NCBI RefSeq assembly: GCF_006345805.1 | Contig: NC_043011.1 | Location: 47,256,464 to 47,320,463 of the forward strand | Length of the DNA stretch: 64,000 nucleotides | Reading direction: 5' to 3' | From: Octopus sinensis | Lineage: Eukaryota | In this document: positions 39,322 through 51,931 of the stretch, in pieces | How the letters are laid out: the number at the start of each line of letters is the position of its first letter | Position numbering within the stretch: position 1 is the first letter of the stretch | Position numbers and translations under genes: made by a program | Notes under the pieces: model-generated | The model's database searches: none | What the model was told of the DNA's origin: nothing | Seen by the model: only the letters and a program-made list of their open reading frames with translations

Positions 39322-39324
<3 letters not shown>
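39142..39324. repeat. Fold-back element, ~55-bp diverged arms
   Basis: aatgtttttaat...ataatgctaaaacaatgcaagtta versus taacttggattgttttggcattat...attaaaaacatt. Confidence 0.7.
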
Positions 39325-39366
<42 letters not shown>

Positions 39367-39549
39367 TATATAATGATAAATCTCAGAGACAGTTATAAAC
39401 AGTAGCGATAACACATCGTGTTGCATATTTGCCATTTGAATATGGCTAACCCATAAGGGTGGATGCTATATAATATATATATATATAATATATATATATA
39501 TATAATATATATATGATATAAATATATATATAATATAAATATATATATA

Positions 39550-39590
<41 letters not shown>

Positions 39591-40061
39591 TGCATACATG
39601 TATGTATATAAAGTAATCTAGTGGCTGCTTGGTCGGCATGGCCACAAGTTGCACACATTTTGATGCAGTGACTGAAGAGATAACAGAGGAGGAAAACATG
39701 TTGCAGTACAGTCGAAAGAACATTCATTAGTTGCGTTATTGCTGCTCATAACCACTGGGAAGAGTGCGATATTGTTGAGAGCTGCTGAAATCAATGTAAT
39801 CTCCTGTCAACTCCTGAGGAAAATAATGTCTCTCAATACAATCTCCATGTAAAATACAGAAATACTTAAGTAGAAGGATAGATAAACACAAATTAGGCTT
39901 GCTATATATATATTTACCTGGAGCACAAAAAAAAAAGAGGATTAAGAGTAAATGTACATAAGGAAATTATGTGATGTCTTATCTTGACAGCTGTTTCAGG
40001 AAGCCTAGATTTTACACAATAATCATCATTTGCAAGCAATATATGCTATATATTGCTTGTA

Positions 40062-40147
40062 AATATATAGCATATATTTAGAGGCTATAGTAGAAGACAC
40101 TTCGGCAAGTGTCTTCTACTATAGCCTCTAAATATATGCTATATATT
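40062..40147. repeat. Perfect 41-bp inverted repeat with 4-nt loop
   Basis: 40062-40102 is the exact reverse complement of 40107-40147; loop cggc. Confidence 0.95.
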
Positions 40148-41675
40148 CTGAACCCAGAAACATGTGGTTGGTAAGCAAGCTACTTACCACACAGCCACTC
40201 CTGCATCTTTCAAAAAATCATGCTTCCTTAAATTCTCCAACACTAGTTCAGACATGTCTATGCACCCATTCGTCTTTAAGGCTCTATTACTGCTTACTTT
40301 CCTGTGTTCTTATTTTTTACACTGTGTTCTATGCATGCCCTTTTGATTAGCATTGCTGTGTCTCTTCACTTGACTTACTGCTGCATTCTGTCGTGCACCT
40401 GAACCCTATAACTCATTATGAATAGTATATATTCATATTATTAATAATATATACATAGGCATAGGAGTGGCTGTGTGGAATACACTTACCCAAGGTGCTA
40501 TGCAGTGGGACTGAACCCAGAACCAAGTGGTTGGTAAGCAAGCTACTTACCACACAGCCACTCCTGCACCTATTTTGTTAAAAATAATTAGTTGTGAATT
40601 TAGATATTCAAATATTTCAATGATTACTTCTTTTTTTTACTGGTTTTTGATGATAGACAATGACCATTCTGGAGCATCACCTTCAAGAATTAGTTTGAGC
40701 AAAAGCAGAGAAACAATTTCACTGGCAAAATTTGAATTTCGATTCTGTTACCTGCCAGTTAACGTATATGTGGTTTAAGACAAGTCAGTGTTTTGTCTCT
40801 CTTTTGTTCTAAAACTACAACTTACAATGTTTAACATCAATAATTATTTTTCTTAACATTGCTGTATCTTCATATCTATTTTCATAGCACCTGTGAGACA
40901 TTTGCTAAAATTATCTCAGAATTACCACATTTACAAAAAAGTCATGAAATCAGTGCATACAAATCAATTTTTTGATGCATCTCAGACATTTTTGTATTAT
41001 CACATTTTTCTATACATACACGACTAGGTATACATTGAGATTCATTAAAATTACCATTTCTCAGATTCCTAACTCCTATATCTGCTGCAGACTAGCTTTT
41101 GTTTTATCAACTAAATAACACATTTATTTTCTAAACAATACTATTTTTCTGTCAACCATTCTGCTATCTTATATATTTACTTACAAATCTCTCCTCCCCA
41201 CTTCAATACTTTGGTAAATACGCTGAAGAAGCCTATACAACACTGATCAAATGATAATAACAAATGAAATGCATGTGAAAATGTCTCCTGTACTTGCTGA
41301 AATAATTCAGTTAGTATCAGTCATTATCTAATATTGTTTTTGTTCATTTCTAGTTAGCATTTTAATGCTCTTTATATTAAACATATTAACATTAACGAAA
41401 ATAAGCATTAACTCAACTAAATAACATATATAGTGGAGTGACAACATAGTTAATGTGATGAGTGTGGCAATTTTAACGGAGCAGGTTTAGAGTCGTATGA
41501 AGGAGAGGTAGATATAATTGAATAATGTTTAATTCAGACAAACAGGTAAGACAGATGACTCAAAGTCAGAAAATATTTTTTTGAAAAACTAGATTCCCCT
41601 GTATCCCAATTAAGTAAAACTAGAAACAGATAATGCAGTGAGGGAAGGATCTTTAGCAAACACATGACACACTAA

Positions 41676-42055
41676 TCTATATATATAAAGCTGAAGTTGT
41701 CTGTGTGTGGCAGGTTTGGTAGCCTTCAACTAACACTATCTCCTCCAAGACCCTGCAGTGCAAGTTGGCCAAAATTGAGAGTATGATAGAAGAAGGCATG
41801 CTCTTCATTCTGTAGAAAAAAATATTCAAATCGAACCATGTTAACACCAAAAATTATTTACATCAAAAAGGTGCTTTTTTTCTATGAAAATCCCTAGTTT
41901 TTGACTGCTGTGTCACCATTTTTCGGTGTATTTCAACCAGAAAACTGTTCACTTAAAGAGAATAACAAGCTACATAATGCAAAATTTTTACTTTTCAAAA
42001 ATTCCAATTCTAAAGGGTTGAAACAAACCCAAGCAACGCCGAGCGATACTGCTAG
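41676..42055 (+). mobile_element. Non-autonomous Helitron-type element, 380 bp
   Basis: A|TCtatatatataaagc...cccaagcaacgccgagcgatactgCTAG|T. Confidence 0.8.
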
Positions 42056-42363
42056 TAAAATGATAAACTGGCACATTCTAAATATACATAGTTTCGTAAC
42101 TACCCTATACATTTTTACTATGCCAAAATTATAAATCCTATATTTGTACAGTTCTTCATAGTTGTTACCACATTTCTAGAACTACCTCTGCATCCTTGTA
42201 ACATATTTTATTATGATATATTTGGAACCAACATATTCTACTATCTGAATCTACTGTTATTGATGCTGTATTTGTTGTCTGGCATAAGTCAACCTTGATC
42301 AAGCAGACCTATTATTATAAATATTCCAGCCATGCTTATCCTGTCTTCATATATACACATACA

Positions 42364-42392
<29 letters not shown>

Positions 42393-42395
<3 letters not shown>

Positions 42396-42806
42396 GGCAT
42401 AGGAGTGGCTGTGTGGTAAGTAGTTTGCTTATGAACCACATGGTTCCGGGTTCAGTCCCACTGTGTGGCACCTTGGGCAAGTGTCTTCTACTATAGCCTC
42501 GGGCTGACCAAACCCTTGAGTGGATTTGATAGATGGAAACTGAAAGAAGCCCGTCGTATATATGTACATATATATGCATGTGTGTGTATATGATTGTGTG
42601 TCTGTGTTTGTCTCCCCACCCCCACCCCAACATCGCTTGACAACCGATGCTGGTGTGTTTACGTCCCCATAACATAGCGGTTTGGGAAAAGAGACCGATA
42701 GAATAAGTACTAGGCTTACAAAGAATAAGTCCCGGGGTGGATTTGCGGGACTAAAAGCGGTGCTCCAGCATGGCCACAGTCACATGACTGAAACAAGTAA
42801 AAGAAT
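42393..42806 (+). mobile_element. Full-length CORE-type SINE
   Basis: Complete head, CORE, linker and tail. Confidence 0.9.
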
Positions 42807-42826
42807 AATATATAGATATATAGATA

Positions 42827-43236
42827 TACTCTTTTACTCTTTTACTTGTTTCAGTCATTTGACTGCAGCCATGCTGGAGCACCGCCTTTAGTCGAGCAAA
42901 TCGACCCTGGGACTTATTCTTTGTAAGCCCAGTACTTATTCTATCGGTCTCTTTTGCTGAACCGCTGAGTGACAGGGACGTAAACACACCAGCATAAGAT
43001 GTCAAGCAATGCTAGGGGAACAAACACAGGCACACAAACACACACATACATATATACATATACATATATACGACAGGCTTCTTTCAGTTTCTGTCTACCA
43101 AATCCACTCACAAGGCATTGGTCGGCCCGGGGCTATAGCAGAAGACACTTGCCCAAGATGTCACGCAGTGGGACTGAACCCGGAACCATGTGGTTGGTTA
43201 GCAAGCTACTTACCACACAGCCACTCCTGCGCCTAT
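42827..43236 (-). mobile_element. Full-length CORE-type SINE, inverted relative to its neighbour
   Basis: Reverse complement of 42393-42806 with a 20-nt spacer. Confidence 0.9.
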
Positions 43237-43878
43237 ATATACGTATATGACTACATTATCTTATCTGTCTTCTTTTTTTTTAAGATATTAGGATGCAATT
43301 TCAAGGGGATTTAACTGTTTTTAAGAATTTGAGTGACTGCGTCGATGGCTCTTCTTCGATTCATAGTGTCCCGTCTGATGTACTCATGGCTTCTGTCGGT
43401 TTTTTTTTTTTTTCAAAAAGAAAAATAAAAAACAAAAAAATTTCTATTTCCAAACGTAATCCTTCCTTGTTAACTCCCTTTAATATGAGGAAAGGGGAGG
43501 CTGGTTGGCTCACACAGATGGAATGACACAGGAACAAGATCGATGGAGAAATGCTCAATTGCAGACCTGTCCAAACCATGCCTGCATAGAAAAAAATGAT
43601 GATGATGATGATTAATGACGATGATGATAATATTGATGGTAATGGGGGGATAGTGATAATGATGAAGGCTATATAGATTTTAAATTTTTATTTTTTCAGT
43701 TTTTTTTTTTTTCTCTTAGTAAGAGAACTTTACAAATTAATTATTCAAAATCTGTCTTGCCATTGAAATCAATAGCAGGAAAAATTTATTGGTTTTTAAT
43801 AACGTCTCTATACCATAGTTTAAAAATACAATATAACCTTAGATTTCATCATAGCTTCTGAAGAAGATTCTAATACAA

Positions 43879-43920
<42 letters not shown>

Positions 43921-43942
43921 ACACACACACATATATATATAT

Positions 43943-43976
<34 letters not shown>

Positions 43977-43984
43977 GTATATAT

Positions 43985-44026
<42 letters not shown>

Positions 44027-44153
44027 TATATATGTATATATACACATATATATATACATATATATACACACACACACATACATACTACATACATATATAT
44101 ACATACACACATATATATACATATATATACATATATATATATGTACACACACA

Positions 44154-44192
<39 letters not shown>

Positions 44193-44730
44193 CATCCATA
44201 CATACACAAGAATGGTTTACTGACAGAATTTATAATGACCTTTGTAACAAAATATAAAAATATTTATTGACATTTTTTTTGCAAAAATTAATTATCTGTT
44301 TGATTTTATTCTTTTAAAAATGCAGAAATGCAAAACTGCACCTCCCTCGTGGCTCATAAACCACCAAATAAAAAAAAGCAAAAAACAACAACAACAAAAA
44401 ACAAAACAAAAGCACAACTAGGAGAAAATATATATATAAAAAGAAAAGCACTGAATTATTTATAACAAGTGAGTTAGCTATAAGGAGTGTTAACAAATTT
44501 ATTAGAAAATGAACAAGCTGACTCTCACAAAGGCAAGGAAAGAAAGACTGTCTTGTCTTAAAAAGTAAATAAAAAAAAGAAAAGAAAAATTTTTCAAAAA
44601 TGGATGAGCAAAATCGTTGGAACACTAGGAAAAAAAAGAATTGCCATAATTGTTTTGGTGTGTAGCATTTTGTGTTCAAATCATATCACGGCTAACTTTG
44701 CATCTCATCTTTTTGAGATCAATGAAATAA

Positions 44731-45197
44731 AGTACCTATTTCTTTACTACCCACGAGGGGCTAAACATAGAGGGGACAAACAAGGACAGACATAGGTATT
44801 AAGTCGATTACATCGAATCCAGTGCGTAACTGGTACTTATTTAATTGACCCCCGAAAGGATGAAAGGCAAAGTCGACCTTGGTGGAATTTGAACTCACAA
44901 CCTAACGACAGACGAAATACGGCTATGCATTTCGCCCAGCGTGCTAACGTTTCTGCCAGCTCGCCGCATTGGCATGTAGCACGAGGGGCTAAACATAAAG
45001 GGGACAAACAAGGACAGACAAACAGATTAAGTCAATTATATCGACCCCAGTGTGTAACTGGTACTTATTTAATCGACCCCGAAAGGATGAAAGGCAAAGT
45101 CGACCTCGGTGGAATTTGAACTCAGAACGTAGCGGCAGACGAAATACCGCTAAGCATTTCGCCTAGCAGGCTAACATTTCTGCCAGCTCACCACCTT
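44731..45197 (-). mobile_element. Tandem 'gtcgactttgcc' family SINE units
   Basis: Two consecutive units; further copies at 47130-47366 and 47870-48097. Confidence 0.8.
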
Positions 45198-45986
45198 CAA
45201 TGAAATAAAGTACCAGTTAGCTAATGGGGGTTGATATCAACTTACTTCTACTGACTTCATAATTTCTAGCTTTTTGCATAAATTAGAAATGATTGTTATT
45301 ATAATAATTATTGCCCCTTAAAATTGCTGGCCTTGTGCCAAAATTTGAAACCATTATTAAGGTGATGAGCTGGCAGAATTGTTAGCACATTTGGCTAAAT
45401 GCTTAACAGCATTTCGTCTGTCTTTAAGTTCTGAGTTCAAATTCTACCGAGCTCGACATTGCTTTAATCCTTTGATGATTAATAAATTAAGAACCATTGA
45501 ATCACTGAAGTGAATGTAGTCAACCAGTTCCCTCCCACAAAATTTCAGGCTTTGTGCCTTTAGTAGTAAGGATTATTATTATTGTTGTTGTTGTTATTAT
45601 TATTGCTTCTATTTTTCACAAAAGAAATAGTTTAGAAGGATATTAGAAGAACAAATTACAAGAATTGTACATGTGTATATGTTTTCGTGTATAGGAGGAG
45701 GTAAATTATGCAGAATCAATCAGGAAGATAACTGTGCTGGAAATGAAATTTATACGAGATATGAACTAAGTCGTCCCAATAGGAGGACATCCACCAAAGG
45801 CAAATCAGAAAATCCCAGATACAGGGTCACTATGACTACCAAGGGCAGTGTTCTCTGAGCTGTGTTTGCCATTCTATGACCACATGCTCACAGTAAGCCT
45901 TTCAACATGGGCCACTCATACTCACATTTCAGTAAATTTGCCTGAGCCTAATGCATCCCTCACATAAGCCTACCAGTAATACCTTC

Positions 45987-46560
45987 ATCACATAACGACA
46001 CTAGGCCTCTGTCATTTACAATGTAAGGGTTCCAGTCAATCTGATCAAGGAAACAGCCTGCTTGTGAAATTAACATGCAAGTGGCTGAGCATTTGACAGA
46101 CACATGTACCCTTAACATAGTTTTCATAGTCTGTACTCTTAACATAGTTTTCATAGTATGTACCCTTAACATAGTTTTCATAGTATGTACCCTTAACATA
46201 GTTTTCATAGTATGTACCCTTAACATAGTTTTCATAGTCTGTACTCTTAATATAGTTTTTATAGTATGTACCCTTAACATAGTTTTCATAGTATGTACCC
46301 TTAACATAGTTTTCATAGTCTGTACCCTTAACATAGTTTTCCTAGTATGTACTCTTAACATAGTTTTCAAAGTATGTACACTTAACATAGTTTTCAAGAA
46401 GATTCATTGTGACACAAAGTGTGACAAGGTTAGCCCTTTGAAATACAGGTACAACTCATGCCAGCTGAGTGGACTGGAGCAACATGAAATAAAGTGTCTT
46501 GCTCAAGAACCCAAAACATTGCCAGGAATTGAACACACAACCTTATGATCATGAGCCAAA
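45987..46560 (-). mobile_element. tRNA-head SINE fragment carrying an internal minisatellite
   Basis: Collinear with the reverse complement of 60820-60974 on both sides of the array. Confidence 0.75.
46105..46397. repeat. 27-bp minisatellite, 11 units
   Basis: tgtacccttaacatagttttcatagta repeated head to tail. Confidence 0.95.
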
Positions 46561-49396
46561 TATCCTAACTACAAAACCATGTAATGATGAAGGTGCAACT
46601 AGATATTAAAGCATATAATGCAACTCACACAACATGCACTAAACACAAAGATCACACAATAGAATAAAACAATGCATTCTGTTCATAATGATGGCCTTGC
46701 ACTGTAACACATCATAACACAAGTCACACTTCATTTCACTTTATGCAATAACCATTCAAAACACTACAACACAACTCAAACTGCACATATTCTTCACAAC
46801 AAACAGATGAAACACTAAAATTACAAATCAAAGCTAGGTGAATATAACATAAAAACACAGGATAGGCCATGTGCTTTAATATCTATTTGCCAATCAGCTA
46901 TGCTGTACACAACTGAAGAACATAGGTGAACTGCTAATGACACAGTAAAGATTTGCATAAATTTGTTGATAGTATCATAACAATCAGAATAATATTTAAC
47001 GTGGGTACAACTTCTTATAAAAATAGTGTTATTTTGTTAGATATACTGTCATAAAAAGGGGGTCTAATGCAATTCATTTTAACAGTTGAGCAGTTAAATC
47101 ATAATTTGATTGAAGATGTAATTTGTATTTCTTATTTCTTTATTGCCCACAAGGGGCTAAACACAGAGGGGGCAAACAAGGACAGACAAACAGATTAAGT
47201 TGATTATATCGCCTCCAGTGTGTAACAGGTACTTATTTAATTGACCCTGAAAGGATGAAAGGCAAAGTCGACCTCGGCGGAATTTGAACTCAGAACGTAG
47301 CGGCAGACAAAATACCACTAAGCATTTAGCCCGGAGTGCTAATGTTTCTGCCAGCTCACCGCCTTAATCAAGATGTAATTCTTGTCCCAAACTCCAGAAC
47401 CGCAGTAGATATTAATTGAATAACCTATCTATCTATGACTAAGTGACTGATGAATTAATTTAAGACAAATCAGTACAGTTATAATAACAGAGATAGACTT
47501 TAAATACTTAATTTGAGTAACATCTTAAGTAATAATTAACAAGGTTACCTGAATGACAGATTATAGGGAAATGTTGATTATGACCGACATATCAAATTAC
47601 ACTGAACGAGGTTTTTAAAAACAAGGATACATAGTGCTTCTAGAACTACTATATCCTTTGACTGAAACGGATAGTCATGGTTGGGATGCTTTTGGAGTGA
47701 TTGGCATTAGGAAGGGCATCTAGCTGTAGAAACCTTGCCAGATCAGACTGGTCCCTGGTGCAGCCTCCCAGTTTGTTAGTCCTCAGTCAAACCAACCAAC
47801 TCATGCCAGCATAGAAAGTAGACCTTAAACGATGATGATGATGATGATGATGATATATATATATATATTTCTTTACTACCCACAAGGAGCTAAACATAGA
47901 GGGGACAAACAAGGACAGACAAAGGGATTAAGTCGATGACATCGACCCAGTGTGAAACTGGTACTTTATTTATCGACCTCGAGAGGATGAAAGGCAAAGT
48001 CGACCTCAGCAGAATTTGAACTCAGAACGTAACGACAGACGAAATAGTGCTAAGCATTTCGCCCGGCGTGCTAACGGCTCTGCCAGCTCACCGCCCTCTT
48101 ATATATATATATATATATATATATGTACAGTGGGCTTCTTTATAGTTTCTGTTTACCAATTTTACTCACAAGGTATTTATTAACTGAGGCTGCAGTAGAA
48201 GACACTTGCCCAAGATTTTACTCAGTAGACTCAAACATTGACCTCTATGATTGTAAAGCAAATTTCTTTTACACATAACTATAAGTTTTGAAATACAAGT
48301 TTTTATTTAAAACAAGGAGAATTAGAAAGAGAAGGTAATTTTTATGAATGCTTATTTGAATTAATGTGAAATTTACATTTAGAGAGAATGGGTCTTGAAA
48401 TATTAGTCATGTAAAAGCAAGGCTGAGATGTGTTTCTGTAACATAAATATTGTGAAAACAGAATTCATAATAAAAAAGAAACAATTTGTAAATGATCACT
48501 TGATATTTGTATCCTTAACCCATGGATATCAGCCAGCATGGAACATAACCAAAACGACAAAAACCAATAAAATAGTAAAGTAGATGTAAGAAATGGGTGG
48601 AAGTATGGAAGTATAGAAGTATGGAAGCATGTTACTCTGGAACTGTGTTTATTGTATTAATGAATAATTCTCAATGAGTTAAATCACTGACACAAAGATT
48701 TTCTGTTTTTACAAAAAATAAAAGTTTGTTGATAAATGAAAGAATCCATCAAGATTCCTCAAGATATTTATTTAAGATTGGTTCTATGTAATTTAGAGGG
48801 ATGGTGAACAAATAATCAGAGGAGAGAGAGAGAAGGAAGAAAAGTACCCTCTATTTTTATGTGTATATGTTGAATACACACACTTACAATGACTCTTACA
48901 TACTCTGCATATAGGATACACTTCCGATCAAAAATCAATAAACTCACAAACAGGAATACATAAGCATACACTCACACTCGTGTCTGTGTATTCATACACA
49001 CAAGCACACACATTTCTTTATCTTACAATACAAATAAGATATCAGTCTTTGATTTAAAATTGCTTTCAAATATTTTTATATATATTTTTTTAACATTCAC
49101 TAATTTATTTTTCAAAAATTTCCTATCTAATATTATTTTTACATTTGAACTACAAATACAGGAATTGTTAACATATAGTGATGTTCATTGTTGCTGTTGT
49201 TGTTGTTGCATATTTATACATGATGTTTCTTTTTGTTGTTAGTGGCTTAGTCAGACGAGGAAGGTCAGCAGATTCTCAGGGACTCCAAAACTAGTGAGAG
49301 GATGTAAGGGAGTTGTTCTTAGAAGACCAAGCCTGAACGGATGTTTGGCTGTGAAGAGAAAACACTAAATAAAAAGACCCGGGTGATGGTGTTTAA

Positions 49397-49617
49397 CCCT
49401 TTTGTTACCATATTTCTGTTGAGATGCTCTGTGTTTCTTTCAATCACTTTAAATATTACAAAGAATTTAGTAAAATAACTTAGTTATCATTCAGCTAGTG
49501 TTAGGAACATAAATTGTGACTAAGATTTGGTGGAAGATTTCAATTCAGAACTGATGAAAACAAGACATTTGTACTACAGAGCCAGAGGCGGTTTCAGCTG
49601 GGTTGGTAACGAAAGGG
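49397..49617 (+). mobile_element. piggyBac-type MITE
   Basis: TTAA|cccttttg...gaaaggg|TTAA, followed immediately by the start of a related element. Confidence 0.8.
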
Positions 49618-49789
49618 TTAACCTTTTGCTTACCATATTTGTGTTGGAATACACTGCCTTTATTTCAATTAATTTTGAGAATAATGAATATATTAAAATA
49701 ACTTTGTCATGATCAAGCTAGTGTTTGAAACACAAAACTAACTGGAAACTAGGGAGTTTGGGCTAACTTTGATAGTTTGCATAAAAGGA

Positions 49790-50660
49790 AAAGAAGTCAC
49801 ATAATCCCATCCAAAAATAAAAGTGTTTTAAAAAGTCAAAAAATACCAACTAGATTATTGGTGGGAGATGTAACAGTTTTCTCAAAGTAGCCACCCTTAG
49901 CTTCCATCATAACCTGAAGACAGCTTCAGAACCTGGAACATGCTTTTCTCACTGTATCCCTGGGAAGTTCTTCAAATATCTCTTTGGCTACCAGCTCAGC
50001 TTGGTGTTGCAGATACAGGAGATGGTGTCTTTCTTAAGCTCACCCTACACCATGGAATTACAATTAGGAGAAAGAGAAGGCTAGAAATTGGGGACTGGTA
50101 ATGGTGTAGAAATTCTCCAACAACCTCTTCTGACTCTTCCCAGAGGTTCAAGACAAGGAGTCGAATCCTGCTGCCCCACACATGATCTTCCAGCAGCAAC
50201 CCTCTCTGATCAGATTTTGACCACAGTCTCCAGCAGCATAAATAGCCATCTGAATTGAGCCTAAGGCCCTGTTCCTATAGTTGTTGGTTGAATTCCAGCA
50301 TGTGGATGCAATCAGAATCCCTGCTGTGTCCTTTCTTTCTGTGTACCTTTCTTGTGTCCCTTCCTGCAGGCCATAGCTTCATAGTTTCCATTGCAGATGT
50401 CCCTGTCACATCCTACAGCTTTACAGTGTTCACAGAGCATTCAGCAGCAGTCATGATGTTGGAATTTCGGTACTTGGTGCAAATCATCATGATACCAGTA
50501 ATTCTTTTCCAATATTTAGATGGCTCCCATTCATTCCATATTAGCTATCTTTCACTCAATTATAACTCTAATCGTTATACTCTCCAACACCACTGACTGT
50601 TCACCAAAACATCAAGTTACTCCTGAGAAAAAAAGAGACTTAAAAATCGTCAAATTTAGC
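49790..50660 (-). pseudogene. Decayed, internally deleted Tc1/mariner-superfamily transposase (possibly maT-type)
   Basis: Minus-strand pieces EQGLRLNSDGY, VAAGRSCVGQQDS, SPNCNSM (WPPnSPDcNP-like) and AELVAKEIFEELPRDTVRKACSRF*SCLQVMMEAKGGYFEK, with frameshifts. Confidence 0.8.
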
Positions 50661-51931
50661 CAGTAGATAACTTTCAAGGGCAGTGTCAGACAAGTTGGTA
50701 CCAAAAGGATTAAGCAGATCATGGATTATGTCTATCATACAATAACATGAAGCATCCTTCCAGTGGAACCACTACACAGTTTGCATTTAACAAATTTCAT
50801 TTACAAGGCTTAAATCAACCTCCGGCTAAGGCAGAAAACATTTAGGTAGAACTTTGTGAGTTTCACCCAAAATTTTGTGATCACTTTAATTTCATAGCCA
50901 TGTCTGAAATTTTAATCTATTCATCATCATCATCATCATCATCGTTTAACGTCCGTTTTCCATGCTAGCATGGGTTGGACGGTTCGACTGGGGTCTGGGG
51001 AGCCAGTAGGCTGCGTTAGGCCCAGTCTGATCTGGCAGTGTTTCTACAGCTGGATGCCCTTCCTAATGCCAATGCCCTTCCTAACACCAAAATGCCCTTC
51101 ATAATGCCAAGATGCCCTTCCTAATGCCATATATAATATTTTTATACTCCTTTCATCATTTTTTATCTTATACTTCTTTCAATCTTTAGACTGTGGTCAT
51201 GCTGGAGCATTGCCTCAGAGAATTTTTTGTTAAATGAATCGACCCCAGTACTAATCTTTTTTTAAGCTTGATAATTATTCTATTTGTCTTTTTTGTTGAA
51301 CTGCTAAGTTATGGGGATGTAAACACACCAGCACTGGTTGTGAAGCTGTGGCAGGGGACAAACACAGACATGCACGTGCACTCATACACACACACACTCA
51401 TATGATGGCTTTCTTTCAATTTCCATTTACCAAATCCACTCACAAGGCTTTGGTTGGCCTGAAGCTGTAGTAGAAGACACTTTGCCCATGGTGCCACACA
51501 GTAGGACTGAACCCGGAACCATGTAGTTGGGAAGCGAGCTTCTTACCACACAGTCACGTTGAACATATACCAATGAGAGGTCTTCTATATATGTGGTCAC
51601 TTAGCTTGTAAGAGGTGACAGACAAATTTCTTTCAAATCACAAACTAATATCTTAACTGTTTTTCAAGGATATTTCTGTCGAAATACACAGCCTTTAATT
51701 TAATTTTTAAAATAATGGAGAAATTAAAATAACGTCATTATTAAAATGCTGAGTATAATATAAATTAATATGGAAGTTTGATAGATTTTTAATTTAGATC
51801 ATATTAAAACAGGAAATTTCTATCACAGAACCAAAAATAGTTTCAGGCTGGTTGATATTAAAAGGATTAAATAAAGAAAGACAACCTAATATTCGAAAAG
51901 ATGTAGCTGTTATGGTTAGGAACCCCTTTTG

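Noticed and set aside
41215-41301. Other AG...GT bounded open segments (also 6570-6680, 14725-14800, 17410-17480, 31278-31355, 34810-34918, 53598-53650, 61230-61260)
   Set aside because: They occur on both strands at about the frequency expected in AT-rich DNA and cannot be chained into a recognisable protein.
45680-45900. EEVNYAESIRKITVLEMKFIRD and FYDHML peptides faintly like an RTE RT C-terminus
   Set aside because: Too degraded to support without a profile search.
45960-46548. Repetitive 145- and 157-aa ORFs on opposite strands
   Set aside because: By-product of the 27-bp minisatellite inside a SINE.
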